Below are positions 51,817 to 61,735 of a stretch of DNA of 64,000 bases, piece after piece. Each line of letters opens with the position of its first letter. Position 1 is the stretch's first letter. The notes below the pieces were generated by a model. The model did no database searches, was not told the DNA's origin, and worked only from the letters and a program-made list of their open reading frames with translations. This stretch comes from Chloroflexota bacterium (GTDB lineage Bacteria; Chloroflexota; Anaerolineae; 4572-78). The position numbers were made by a program, and so were the translations under genes. The stretch is from assembly GCA_011192195.1 (NCBI GenBank), contig DUEH01000003.1, positions 3,734 to 67,733 of the forward strand. Reading direction: 5' to 3'.

Positions 51817-52821
51817 CTTGCTGCTTGCTTCGGCTAACCGGCGGCGATCGAGATAGGCGCGTACAGTTTGGGTCATATTTGGCACCAGCACCGACAGGAT
51901 AAGCAACATGCCGATAACCCCGGTTTGCACGTGGCCGGTAATATTTGCCAGCGACATACCGTTACGCAAGTTCAACACAATCATAATTGATAACAACACC
52001 CCGTAGATAGAGCCGGAACCGCCAAAGATACTGACGCCGCCCAGCAATACCATGGTGATGATGTCCAGTTCAAAGCCCAGGGCCAAATCGCCGCGAACAG
52101 CGCCCAGCCGGGCGGCAAACAGTAAACCGGCCAACGCAGCCACAGTACCGGAGGCTATGAACAAAATTGTTTTTACCCGATTTACTTTTACGCCGGAGTA
52201 TTCGGCCACTTCCCGGCTGTTGCCAATGACATACACGTACCGGCCAAAACCGGAGTATTCCAACAGCAAAATGGCCGCAATTACAAACAAAAAGAAAAGA
52301 AGCAAAGCCAGGGGAAACGGACCGACAAGCGGCTGCTGGCCCAAGGTGTCGAACCAGACGGGGAAATCGCCAATAGACTTGTCTTCCAGCAACACGCGGG
52401 CAAAACCTCTGAAGCCAATTAACATAGCCAGCGTTACCACCAGCGAGGGCAGGCCAACTTTGGCAATCCAAAAGGCGTTAAACGCGCCGCCAAGCACGCC
52501 AATTAGAAGCCCGGCCAACAAAGCGACCGGGATGGGCGCGCCCTGGCTGTAAAGCCAGGCCAGCGTACAAGCCGATAATCCCATCATCGAGGACACAGAC
52601 AAATCTATTTCTGCGTTGATAATGATAAAAGCCATAATCAGGGCTACAATTATTTTCTCGATGGATAGAATGAACAGGTTCATTTGATTACCAATGCTAA
52701 GGTAGTTGGGCGCAAGGGATGTGTTGCCGATGATAATCAGTATCAACACGAGCAGAAGGAACCCTTCCCAACTTTTTAGCTTATCCCATACTACTGACAG
52801 GAAGTTTTTATCATGCGACAT
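51787..52821 (-). CDS. Rhamnose-type ABC transporter permease (RhaQ-like)
   Basis: Multi-TM ORF of the ribose/rhamnose permease family. Start at 'MSHDKNF' with RBS aggagg, overlapping the upstream stop by 11 nt. Confidence 0.85.
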   Translation of the reverse strand: MSHDKNFLSVVWDKLKSWEGFLLLVLILIIIGNTSLAPNYLSIGNQMNLFILSIEKIIVALIMAFIIINAEIDLSVSSMMGLSACTLAWLYSQGAPIPVALLAGLLIGVLGGAFNAFWIAKVGLPSLVVTLAMLIGFRGFARVLLEDKSIGDFPVWFDTLGQQPLVGPFPLALLLFFLFVIAAILLLEYSGFGRYVYVIGNSREVAEYSGVKVNRVKTILFIASGTVAALAGLLFAARLGAVRGDLALGFELDIITMVLLGGVSIFGGSGSIYGVLLSIMIVLNLRNGMSLANITGHVQTGVIGMLLILSVLVPNMTQTVRAYLDRRRLAEASSKNNEQLSVNN

Positions 52822-53878
52822 GTCCAGGTTCCTCCTGAGTTTGAGTTTCTTCGACATCTTGTTGGGTCATTTGTAGCTCACTCCGCGCCCACAAGTCTCG
52901 CAGGCGGTTCATAATTACAAAGTCAGCGGCTACGGCCAGCAAAATCATTAAGCCCAGCAGGGCCTCTCGCCAGAATTGGCTGATTTCCGCCCACCTAATC
53001 AGGCTGTTATCAATAACGTCAATCAATATGGCTCCCAGAAGCGTACCAATAATTGTACCGGCACCGCCGTTGATATTGGCTCCGCCCACAACCGCCGCCG
53101 CCACCGATTTTAGCTCTATCCCCAGGCCGGCCACCACGGTAATATTGCCAAATCGAGCCAGAAACATAAAACCGGCCAATCCGCTCAAAGCGCCACACAA
53201 CACAAAGGCAAAAAAGACAATCCGCTGCGAGGGAAAACCGGCCACTTTAGCGGCATCGGGGTTTGAACCAATGGCATACAGGCGGCGGCCATAGGGCAGA
53301 TAGCTAAGCATTAGTTGAAAAATAATAACCACCGCTACCATAATTCCTACCAGCAACCTGAAATCGAGTTTGTCTATGCTAAAGATATTGGCCCGAGGTA
53401 AGTCTATAATCCAGGCCGGCAGGCTGGACGTAATTACAGTTTGGGCGTCGGAGTACTCTACCAACATGGTGCGGAACAGAGCCAGCGTACCTAGCGTAAC
53501 AATAATGGCCGGCACCCGCCCATAAGCCACCAATACGCCGTTAAACGCGCCCATTGCCGCCCCAACGCCGATAGCCATTAGAACGACCGCAAGAGGAGCT
53601 ATCTCATTGTTATCGGCCAGTTGCTGGCCCACAAAATAGGCGGTAAAGCCTACAATAGAGCCAACAGACAGATCGATGTTTCGCGTTAACACCACCAAAG
53701 TTTGTCCAACGGCAACTACTGCGATAATAGCCACACTGGTTGAAATCCGATTAAAAAAACGGGGGCTGAGATAGTTTTCTATTTGAGTGGCAAAAAAGAT
53801 AATGACCATAATGATGAGTACAACAAGGACAAGTTCTCTAATTTGCTCCGGTCTAAAGCGGCGCATCAACGCGTTCAT
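52811..53878 (-). CDS. Rhamnose-type ABC transporter permease (RhaP-like)
   Basis: 355-aa multi-TM ORF. The start overlaps the ATPase stop by 4 nt. Confidence 0.85.
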   Translation of the reverse strand: MNALMRRFRPEQIRELVLVVLIIMVIIFFATQIENYLSPRFFNRISTSVAIIAVVAVGQTLVVLTRNIDLSVGSIVGFTAYFVGQQLADNNEIAPLAVVLMAIGVGAAMGAFNGVLVAYGRVPAIIVTLGTLALFRTMLVEYSDAQTVITSSLPAWIIDLPRANIFSIDKLDFRLLVGIMVAVVIIFQLMLSYLPYGRRLYAIGSNPDAAKVAGFPSQRIVFFAFVLCGALSGLAGFMFLARFGNITVVAGLGIELKSVAAAVVGGANINGGAGTIIGTLLGAILIDVIDNSLIRWAEISQFWREALLGLMILLAVAADFVIMNRLRDLWARSELQMTQQDVEETQTQEEPGHVA

Positions 53879-55389
53879 TGGCTAATCTCCTCGGTTAGGT
53901 GGCTTTGCCCCATTGCGGCAGTCATAACAATTTCCTGGGTGGCCTCTTCGCGGTTAAATATGCCCATTTGTTTGCCCTCGCGCATAACCAAAATACGGTC
54001 GCTCATAGCCAGCGCCTCCGGCAAGTCTGATGAGATGAGGATTATGGCCAGCCCCTGCTCGGCCAACTCATTGATAATGTGGTGAACTTCGGCTTTGGCC
54101 CCCACATCGATGCCGCGGGTTGGTTCATCAAAAATAAACAGTTTGGGTTCGGCGTTGAGCCATTTGCCGAGCATAACCTTTTGCTGATTACCGCCGGACA
54201 GTTTACCCACCTCGTGATTTACAGATGGGGTGCGGATGGTGAGCCGTTTACGGTAATCCTCGGCGGTGGCTTTTTCTCTGCTGTGTTTTACCAACCCCAG
54301 ACCGCTTAAATATCTTTTGAGCGTTGGCAGCGAAATGTTAGAGGTGATTGACATAGGCATAGTCAGCCCAAACTGCCGCCGGTCTTCTGTTAGGTAAGAA
54401 ATTCCGCATTTAAGCGCCTGTTCCGGCGATTTCATCGTTAGCGGCTCGCCTTCAAAGATGATTTCGCCGGCGTCTGCCGGCTCGATGCCAAACAGGGCCA
54501 GCCCCACATCGGTGCGCCGCGAGCCAACCAGCCCGGCAAAGCCCAGTACCTCGCCGCGCCGCACGTCAAAATTAATATCCGAGAAAACGCCTTCTTTACC
54601 CAACCCCCGCGCCGATACCAGCACCTCGCCTTTTTCCGCCTGGCTTTTGGCAAAATAATCGCCAACTTCACGGCCCACCATATCGCGAATAAGGCTGTCG
54701 TGGGTAACATCGCCGGTAATGTTGGTAGAAATGTGCCGGCCGTCGCGGAACACGGAGATACGGTCGGAAATTTTGAAGACCTCTTCCAGGCGGTGGCTAA
54801 TAAACAGTACGGCGACGCCTTGTTCTCGCAGGGTATTAGCCACTTTGAACAACTGCGCCACCTCGTGCGCGGAAAGCGAGGCGGTTGGCTCGTCCATAAT
54901 CAACACCCGCACATCCAGCGAGATAGCTTTGGCAATTTCAACGGCTTGTTGGGCGGCCAGGGTAAGACCGCGGGCGGGCATTTTTACATCGAGCTTAACA
55001 TCCAGCTTTTCCAGAATCGACTCGGCGTCTTTGTACATCTTTTTCCAACTTACTACCGCGCCCCGGTCCCGGTGGCTGATAAAGATATTTTCGGCCACAT
55101 TTAAATCCGGGAAAACGAGCGGTTCCTGATAAATGGCAGCCACACCGTGCGACTGCGCTTGCTGCGAGTTGTGGATGTGGACGGGTTGCCCATCCAGTAA
55201 AATATTGCCGGTATCGGGCCGGTAGATGCCGGTCATTGTCTTTATCAAGGTCGACTTGCCGGCTCCGTTTTCACCTACCAAGGCATGTATCTCGCCGGGG
55301 TAGAGGGTTAAAGAGACATTATCAAGAGCCTGAGTCATATCGAAGCGTTTGGAAATGTTTTTCATTTCCAAAACAGGTTTTTTATCCAT
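53875..55389 (-). CDS. Rhamnose-type ABC transporter ATP-binding protein, duplicated ATPase (RhaT-like)
   Basis: Walker A 'GENGAGKST', signature 'LSGGNQQKV', two ABC domains, RBS caggaga. Confidence 0.9.
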   Translation of the reverse strand: MDKKPVLEMKNISKRFDMTQALDNVSLTLYPGEIHALVGENGAGKSTLIKTMTGIYRPDTGNILLDGQPVHIHNSQQAQSHGVAAIYQEPLVFPDLNVAENIFISHRDRGAVVSWKKMYKDAESILEKLDVKLDVKMPARGLTLAAQQAVEIAKAISLDVRVLIMDEPTASLSAHEVAQLFKVANTLREQGVAVLFISHRLEEVFKISDRISVFRDGRHISTNITGDVTHDSLIRDMVGREVGDYFAKSQAEKGEVLVSARGLGKEGVFSDINFDVRRGEVLGFAGLVGSRRTDVGLALFGIEPADAGEIIFEGEPLTMKSPEQALKCGISYLTEDRRQFGLTMPMSITSNISLPTLKRYLSGLGLVKHSREKATAEDYRKRLTIRTPSVNHEVGKLSGGNQQKVMLGKWLNAEPKLFIFDEPTRGIDVGAKAEVHHIINELAEQGLAIILISSDLPEALAMSDRILVMREGKQMGIFNREEATQEIVMTAAMGQSHLTEEISQ

Positions 55390-55414
55390 GCAGAATTCTC
55401 CTGAATATTTTTGT

Positions 55415-56185
55415 TTATACCAGAACTACATCTACATTGCGTTGACGTACTTCTTCAACCAAATCCTCGGGGGCGCTTGTATCGGTAAAAATGCTTTCGA
55501 TTTTATCAAGCTGGGCAAAGGTGTAGGCGGCTGCTTTGCCCCATTTACGGGTATCTGCCAGACCGATTACGCGCTTGCAATATTTTATCATAGCCCGTTT
55601 CATGACTACTTCTTCACGATTCACATCGGTTAAGCCTTCGTTGGCGGTAACGCCGCGTGCGCCAAAAAAACCAATTTGAATATTTATATCTTCAATTGAC
55701 GCGCTTTGAAGTTGCCCTACCAGCGAAATGGAGGTTCGCCGCAAACTGCCGCCGGGCAGAATCACGTAAATCTGCGGCGCGTCAAGTAGATTGAAGGCCA
55801 CTCTGAGGCTGTTGGTAACAACCGTTAATTCTGAAAGTTTTTTAATATGAGGAATAATGGTCTGGACGGTGGTGCTGGCATCAAGAAAGATGGTATCGCC
55901 GTAGTGAACCAGTTTGGCCGCGGACTGGCCTATACGAGCTTTTTGCGCCGCGTATTGCTGCTGGCGTAAATCAAAGGAGAGTTCCGGTAAAGCGCTTGTG
56001 GAGGTTGCGCCTCCGCGAGTGCGCAGCAATAAGCCTTGATCGCTTAAGGCTTGTAAATCCTGGCGGATAGTTACTTCTGACACATCAAAGGCGGCGCTAA
56101 GTTTGCTAACCGAAAGTTGTCCGGCCTCGCCCAATGCGCTCAGAATTTGTTGTCTGCGCTGCGCCAGTTGATGCACTTTACCCAA
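55415..56185 (-). CDS. DeoR-family transcriptional regulator (candidate rhamnose regulator)
   Basis: HTH '[38 protein letters not shown]' plus a DeoR C-terminal sugar-phosphate-binding domain. Probable TTG start at 56185, 6 nt after agggagg (or GTG at 56176). Confidence 0.8.
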   Translation of the reverse strand: MGKVHQLAQRRQQILSALGEAGQLSVSKLSAAFDVSEVTIRQDLQALSDQGLLLRTRGGATSTSALPELSFDLRQQQYAAQKARIGQSAAKLVHYGDTIFLDASTTVQTIIPHIKKLSELTVVTNSLRVAFNLLDAPQIYVILPGGSLRRTSISLVGQLQSASIEDINIQIGFFGARGVTANEGLTDVNREEVVMKRAMIKYCKRVIGLADTRKWGKAAAYTFAQLDKIESIFTDTSAPEDLVEEVRQRNVDVVLV

Positions 56186-56249
56186 AAGAAACCTCCCTGT
56201 CACTTTTGGAAATTGTTGTAAACTGCAAGTTTCGTAAGAAATCGAAAGT

Positions 56250-56278
56250 ATTGTAATGCAAAAGAAACAAGCCGTCAA
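56250..56278 (-). promoter_or_regulatory. Sigma-70-like promoter (TTGACG-17-TACAAT) for the DeoR-rhamnose operon
   Basis: On the minus strand, TTGACG lies at 56278-56273 and TACAAT at 56255-56250 with an exact 17-nt spacer. An inverted repeat tttcg-N8-cgaaa (56230-56247) sits just downstream as a possible operator. Confidence 0.5.
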
Positions 56279-56298
56279 ATTTTGATTCTGAAGCGCTC

Positions 56299-57057
56299 TC
56301 ATCTCATCAATAACCCGGCGTTCACGTCAATTGTGGACCCGGTGATGGCCGCTGCTGCCGGCGAACATAGAAAAACGACGGCTGCGGCAACCTCATCCGG
56401 CTGCATAAATCGTGCCAGAGGGATTTTGGCTTGCAGGTCCTGCCTGACCTGCTCCGACCAGTTGGCCGTAAGATCGGTTTCGATGGTGCCCGGCGCGACG
56501 GCGTTGACGGTAACGCCATACGGGGCCAGATGCCGGGCGAAAGATTTGGTCAACCCCAGGAGACCGGCCTTGCTGGCCGCATAGTGCATCCCTACGGCAA
56601 CTCCGCCCATCTGTCCGGCTGCCGAGGCAATATTGATTACCCGTCCCCAACCGGATGCTTGCAAGCCCGGCAACGCTGCCTGAGTGCATAAAAATGCGCC
56701 CTTGAGGTTTATCGCCAAAACCCGATCCCATTCTGCCTCGCTGATCTCGTCCGGCGGGGTCAGCGGACATACGCCGGCGTTATTGACCAATATTTCGATC
56801 TGACCTATATCTTCAAACGCAGAATGGACGGCATCGGCATTGGACACATCGAAAACGGAAGTGACCGTATTGCCGCCCTGATCAGCAATCAAGCGAGCCG
56901 TCTCATCCAGGGCGTCGGCATCCACATCTCCCAGTATTATTTTAGCGCCCAACCCGGCCAGTTGCCGGCTGATGGCGCGTCCAAGTCCCTGGCCGGCGCC
57001 CGTTACCAGGGCTGTGCAACCGGCGAGGTATTGTTCAGGCATGGTTTTCTCCTTCAA
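56299..57057 (-). CDS. Short-chain dehydrogenase/reductase (SDR)
   Basis: 'ALVTGAGQGLGRA' and the catalytic 'YAASKAG'. Confidence 0.85.
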   Translation of the reverse strand: MKEKTMPEQYLAGCTALVTGAGQGLGRAISRQLAGLGAKIILGDVDADALDETARLIADQGGNTVTSVFDVSNADAVHSAFEDIGQIEILVNNAGVCPLTPPDEISEAEWDRVLAINLKGAFLCTQAALPGLQASGWGRVINIASAAGQMGGVAVGMHYAASKAGLLGLTKSFARHLAPYGVTVNAVAPGTIETDLTANWSEQVRQDLQAKIPLARFMQPDEVAAAVVFLCSPAAAAITGSTIDVNAGLLMR

Positions 57058-57839
57058 TCCCCAACTACAATTCCATTTGGAAATCGCTGAAGTAAAACCG
57101 GGTCGTGGGGAGGAACCACGATGTCAGCGATTTTACGAACGCGGTCCATTGCTTGATAACATTGTTTGATGTCTACCGCCAGACCAATGGGGTGATTTTT
57201 TTTCAGATTTTCATAGTAGAAAATGGTGTCGCTGGGAAAGACTGCCAGCCCTTTTTTGGTCTGCACAGTGAACGCTTGACAACACATTGTGTGCCCGCCA
57301 ACGTAAAAGGCGCCAATACCGGGGATAATCTCCGGCGCTTCATCATCTACCAGAATCAGGCGGTCGCGGGCTTCACCGGCAAAGTAAGCCAGAATGTCGC
57401 GCGGAAAGAGGATGTCGGGCGTTAAGGCCGGAGACGGCGGATCGAGCGTAAGATGCCAGCCGGTACGCGAGACGACGAATTTTGCGTTGGGGAATAATTT
57501 GGCGTTTGAACAATGGTCGTAATGAAGGTGGGAGATGAAGATATATTCCACCTCCGCTGGGTCAATGCCCTCTTTTTGCAGCAACAGGGGAACGCTCTGC
57601 GTTTTCATATCCATTCGAAAACGTCCCCTGTGTCCCACGCCGCCCTCAACAAGCGGTTGAATTTCAGCTACATCCCGTATGCCGGTATCGATCAGCGCGA
57701 CTTTGCCATCGTCCCGGCGCAGAATGAAGAACAGGAAGTCTACATCTACCCATTCTTCCCAGCGAGACATAAAAAACATTTGCGGGCCGGGTACGGTTTG
57801 CTCGCAATATTTAATTGCTTTAATGCTGTAAGTTGTCAT
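57054..57839 (-). CDS. Metallo-beta-lactamase-fold hydrolase (lactonase-like)
   Basis: 'FISHLHYDHCSN' HxHxDH motif. The stop overlaps the SDR start by 4 nt. Confidence 0.8.
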   Translation of the reverse strand: MTTYSIKAIKYCEQTVPGPQMFFMSRWEEWVDVDFLFFILRRDDGKVALIDTGIRDVAEIQPLVEGGVGHRGRFRMDMKTQSVPLLLQKEGIDPAEVEYIFISHLHYDHCSNAKLFPNAKFVVSRTGWHLTLDPPSPALTPDILFPRDILAYFAGEARDRLILVDDEAPEIIPGIGAFYVGGHTMCCQAFTVQTKKGLAVFPSDTIFYYENLKKNHPIGLAVDIKQCYQAMDRVRKIADIVVPPHDPVLLQRFPNGIVVGD

Positions 57840-57860
57840 TTTTCTATCCTCTATTTTTAC

Positions 57861-57905
57861 CCCCCCCTCTGGCTCCCCCCTCAGTAGGGGGGAGCCAGAG
57901 GGGGG
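57861..57905. repeat. Perfect 19-bp C/G-rich hairpin
   Basis: Arms are ccccccctctggctcccccc and ggggggagccagaggggg with loop tcagta. It is followed by gtgagtagc. Confidence 0.9.
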
Positions 57906-57921
57906 TGAGTAGCAGAATCAA

Positions 57922-58680
57922 TCATTGAAGATTGACAGATGTGCCGCCGTCAACAACCAGCATCGAGCCGGTACACCAGGCAGAGTCGTCGCCGGCAAAA
58001 AATAGAACCGGCCCGGCAATGTCATCCGGCCGGCCCAGACGTCCCAATGGGGCGCGTTTCGACCAATATTCGCGCGTTTCCGGGTCGGACAGCGCTTCGC
58101 GGTTGATGTCGGTCTCAACGGTGCCGGGCAAAACGGCGTTGCAAGTGATGCCATACGGCCCCAGCGAAATAGCCATAGATTTGACCAGCAAATTGATACC
58201 GGCCTTTGAAGCGCAGTAATGAGCCTGTGTACTACCGCCAAACTCCGACGAGATAGAACTGACGGCGATAATGCGTCCTTTTACGCCTTGTTCGACCATT
58301 ATTTTGGCAACTGCTTGCGAACATAAAAAATAGCCGTTCAGATTCACCTCGAGTACCCGGTTCCACAAATCCTCCGGCATCTCCAAAAAATCCTCAAAAG
58401 GACATATTCCGGCAATGTTGACCAGGATGTCGATACTGTTCCACTGTTCCACCACCCTGTTTACCATTGCCTGCACCTGCTCGCTATCGGACACATCGGT
58501 GCGGACAAACATTGCCTGACCGCCGCCATCCTCGATGAGCCGAACCGTTTCGCGGCTTTCATCTTCGCGCAGGTCTACAATCGCTACCCTGGCTCCGTCT
58601 TGCCCCAATCGTAGAGCAACCGCCCGGCCAATTCCACGCGCTGCGCCGGTGACAATTGCTGTCTTGTTGTCCAAACGCAT
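57922..58680 (-). CDS. Short-chain dehydrogenase/reductase (SDR)
   Basis: 'AIVTGAARGIGRA' and the catalytic 'YCASKAG'. Confidence 0.85.
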   Translation of the reverse strand: MRLDNKTAIVTGAARGIGRAVALRLGQDGARVAIVDLREDESRETVRLIEDGGGQAMFVRTDVSDSEQVQAMVNRVVEQWNSIDILVNIAGICPFEDFLEMPEDLWNRVLEVNLNGYFLCSQAVAKIMVEQGVKGRIIAVSSISSEFGGSTQAHYCASKAGINLLVKSMAISLGPYGITCNAVLPGTVETDINREALSDPETREYWSKRAPLGRLGRPDDIAGPVLFFAGDDSAWCTGSMLVVDGGTSVNLQ

Positions 58681-58702
58681 AGTTTACACCTCGCCTTCTT
58701 TT

Positions 58703-59086
58703 TTATTCATTCACCATTTCTTCCGGGCGAATGTTGTCCACCTGCCCGTAGAAGAAGATGATGTCTACATGCCCGCCCTTGTCGTATTCAAATACGTGCC
58801 ACTCCAACGGCGGAATGTGTAATGTCATCCCGGCTTGCAGGGGGATAGGTTCCCCCAATTCATCACGTTTGGCGCCATAACGCACCCAGCCGTCTTTCGC
58901 GCTGAGAATACAAACAATTTCTTCGGCATGGTGATGGGGCTCCATTGCCCCGCTTCTTTCAGAATATGTGGCAAATCCCATCGTCATCCTGGCGCTTGTT
59001 GAGAGGGCATCTTTCCCAACAGCCTTTTGAACTTCTCTGCCGGGCAATATTTCGCTTGTTAAATCATCACGTTTGATCAGTTGCAT
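58703..59086 (-). CDS. Cupin-domain protein
   Basis: 127 aa. 'MEPHHHAEEIVCIL' and 'GMTLHIPPLEWHVF' are cupin motifs 1 and 2. Confidence 0.75.
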   Translation of the reverse strand: MQLIKRDDLTSEILPGREVQKAVGKDALSTSARMTMGFATYSERSGAMEPHHHAEEIVCILSAKDGWVRYGAKRDELGEPIPLQAGMTLHIPPLEWHVFEYDKGGHVDIIFFYGQVDNIRPEEMVNE

Positions 59087-59107
59087 ATTTTTTCTCCTGA
59101 AAATATA

Positions 59108-59223
59108 CGAATGGGCGAATGGGCGAATGGGCGAATGGGCGAATGGGCGAATAAAAATCGTTGCCTACGCTTTGCGACCCATTCGCCATTCGCCATTCGC
59201 CATTCGCCCATTCGCCCATTCGC
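59108..59223. repeat. 116-nt hairpin with (CGAATGGG)n / (CCCATTCG)n octamer/heptamer arms
   Basis: Left arm is cgaatggg x5.6 (59108-59152). Right arm is cccattcg/ccattcg x6 (59178-59223). It fills the E2-stop to cupin-RBS spacer and is the same class as 7028-7103. Confidence 0.9.
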
Positions 59224-59227
59224 TCGT

Positions 59228-60577
59228 TTATCTAAACAAAGTCTCCGGCGAGTCTAACAGGGCGCGTAAATCTTTCAAAAACATAGCGCCGTCAACCCCG
59301 TCCGCAACCCGGTGGTCAATAGCCAGAGTCAGGCGTAAAGTTGGCCGCAGGACAACCTGTCCATTCTCGCCAACGGGTCGCTCCACAATGGCTCCCGCCG
59401 CCAGGATGGCGCTTTGAGGCGGGTTGAGGATAGGCGTGAAGTCGTCTATGCCGAACATACCCAGGTTCGTAAATGTGAAAGTGCCGCCGGTCACGTCATC
59501 CGGGCTAAACTTCCCGTCTTTGGCCTTTTGGCTAAGCGCAGTCCGCGCCCGGATGATCTCTTCCAATGACAGGCTCTCAGCCTGGTGAATAACGCTGACA
59601 ACCAGCCCCTGCTCTGTCGCGGTTGCCACTCCCAGATTGATCTCGGAAAAAGTCCGCACTTGTCCATCCGCCCAACTTGCGTTGAGCAAAGGATGATTGG
59701 GCAGCGTCATTGCCAGCGCCTTGAGCAGGAAATCGGTGTATGTCAACCGCGCGCCAAAACGCGCTTCTATGTACGGCAATAGATTGGCGCGCAATTCAAC
59801 CAGCCGCGTAACGGGCAACTCTATGTTTAGATAAAAATGCGGCGCGGTCTGAAAACTTTCACTCATACGCCGGGCGGTCAGCCGCTGAATACGGGTGATA
59901 GATTGCAATTGTGAAGGGACAACCTCTACCATTGACTCAGCCGGCGTATCTGTTTTTTTGGATTCGATGATGCGCCGGATGTCCACCTCGACAATGCGAC
60001 CTTGCGGGCCGGTACCTTCGACCGTACTTAGCTCGATGTTATGTTCCCTGCCCAATCGTTTTGCCAGCGGCGACGCCTTGACCGGCGGCGCTGGCGCAGA
60101 TTGGACATTTACCTTTTGGGCTTCGATGACGCGCTGGATATCCTCTTTCACAATGCGCCCTTGCGGCCCGGTACCGGCAACGGTACTCAGGTCAATGTTG
60201 TACTCTCCGGCCAATCGTTTCGCCAGCGGCGATGTTTTGATTTGCGACGCGGGGGTTTTCTTTTTTGCCACTGCCGGTTGGGGCGAGGGCAGAGGCGCTG
60301 CGTCTGTCGGGGCGGTTTCCGGTTGTGGTAGTTTCTCGCCCGGTTCGCCGATGTAGCCGATGATTTGCGCCAACGGCGTCGTCTCACCGGTATCAGCCAG
60401 AATTTTTAGCAACGTTCCACCGGCTGGAGCCTCAACCCCCAGCACAACTTTGTCCGTTTCTATCTCTAATAGAGCGTCTCCCTTTTCTACCGTCTCCCCT
60501 TCTTGCTTGAGCCAGCTAACAATTGTTCCCTCTGTCATTGTCAGCCCCAGTTTGGGCATAATTACTTCTGTAGCCAT
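59228..60577 (-). CDS. Dihydrolipoamide acyltransferase (E2) with one lipoyl domain and two E3/E1-binding (PSBD) domains
   Basis: Lipoyl '[16 protein letters not shown]'. Duplicated 'SPLAKRL(A/G).E.[15 protein letters not shown]'. Catalytic '[10 protein letters not shown]'. Start at '[11 protein letters not shown]' with RBS caggag. Confidence 0.9.
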   Translation of the reverse strand: [449 protein letters not shown]

Positions 60578-60593
60578 TATAAACTCCTGAAAT

Positions 60594-60690
60594 AGGTGCA
60601 ACGCACTTCTGTACCGCCTTGCAGGGCAAAATCGATTTGTTTTACGCAACAAATTGCAAGAGAAGACAATGCGCTAAGTGCGTCGCACCT
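60594..60690. repeat. MITE-like element with terminal inverted repeats AGGTGCRACGCACTT, copy 2
   Basis: aggtgcaacgcactt (60594-60608) and aagtgcgtcgcacct (60676-60690). It shares an internal ...cgccYtgcaRg...caaaat...cgat... region with the inverted copy at 32048-32146. Confidence 0.85.
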
Positions 60691-60709
60691 GATGGCTTGG
60701 TAAAAAATT

Positions 60710-61708
60710 TCAACCCCCACACGAACGGCGCACAATAAGTTCCGGTTCCAGAACAACCTGTTGGGGGGTGCGGGAGCCGGCGTCTTTGTCGAGGCAATCC
60801 AGTAATATTTGCATTGCCACTCGTCCAATTTCGCGTTTGGGCAAAGCGATAGTCGTCAGCGGTACTGAGAACAGGTTGGCAAAGGGGATGTCATCGTGTC
60901 CCACTACGGCTACCTCGTCCGGCACAGATACGCCCGCCTTGCTTATTCGATGGATAAATCCCATCGCCAGCAGGTCATTGGCCCCAAAAACGGCTGTTGG
61001 GCGAGACGATTGGCTCAACCATTGTTCCCCTGCTTGTTCGCCGCCTTCAAGCCGGTTGTTGCTAACTGTATAAAGATGCTTCAGTTCGACTCCCGCTTCG
61101 TCGAGCGCCTTATGTAACCCGGCCAAACGAGACCGTTCCGGCATATTTTGCAACTCGCTGCTGTAGATAAAGCCAATGCGGCGATGTCCCTGCCGGAGCA
61201 GATATTGCCCGACAAGGTATCCGCTTTTCTTGTTGTTCACATTGACGAAACTGAGACCGGGCACATCGCGCCCCACTACCACGATTGGCGTGCCTTCATC
61301 TTCCAGCATCCGCAGGTGACTTAAATTACCCAACACCGGCATCACAATTATACCGGCTACCTGAATCCGCCGGAAGCGCTCGATAACGCGTTTTTCCACC
61401 CCAAGCTGCCGCCGGGATTCGCTGAGAAAGATGATGTGGTCACGCTGTTCGGCCAGGTCCTCGATGGCGCGTATCATTGGCACGAAAAAGGGATTGGCGA
61501 ACTCCAGAATCAGGCAGCCGATCAGGTTTTGGGCTGAGCCTACCAAACTCTGGGCCATCAGATTGGGAGAATAATTTAACTCACGCGCCACTTCAAGCAC
61601 CCTTTGCCGGGTAGATTCAGAAACCTCAGAACTGCCGGAAAGGGCGCGGGAAACGGAAGATGGAGCCAGCCCCAAAGAGCGGGCAATTTCTTTTATCGTG
61701 ACAGACAT
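60710..61708 (-). CDS. LacI-family transcriptional regulator
   Basis: HTH 'VTIKEIARSLGLAPSSVSRALSG' plus a periplasmic-binding-like effector domain. Confidence 0.9.
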   Translation of the reverse strand: MSVTIKEIARSLGLAPSSVSRALSGSSEVSESTRQRVLEVARELNYSPNLMAQSLVGSAQNLIGCLILEFANPFFVPMIRAIEDLAEQRDHIIFLSESRRQLGVEKRVIERFRRIQVAGIIVMPVLGNLSHLRMLEDEGTPIVVVGRDVPGLSFVNVNNKKSGYLVGQYLLRQGHRRIGFIYSSELQNMPERSRLAGLHKALDEAGVELKHLYTVSNNRLEGGEQAGEQWLSQSSRPTAVFGANDLLAMGFIHRISKAGVSVPDEVAVVGHDDIPFANLFSVPLTTIALPKREIGRVAMQILLDCLDKDAGSRTPQQVVLEPELIVRRSCGG

Positions 61709-61735
61709 AGCGTGTTATCTCTCAGGTAGCTACTA

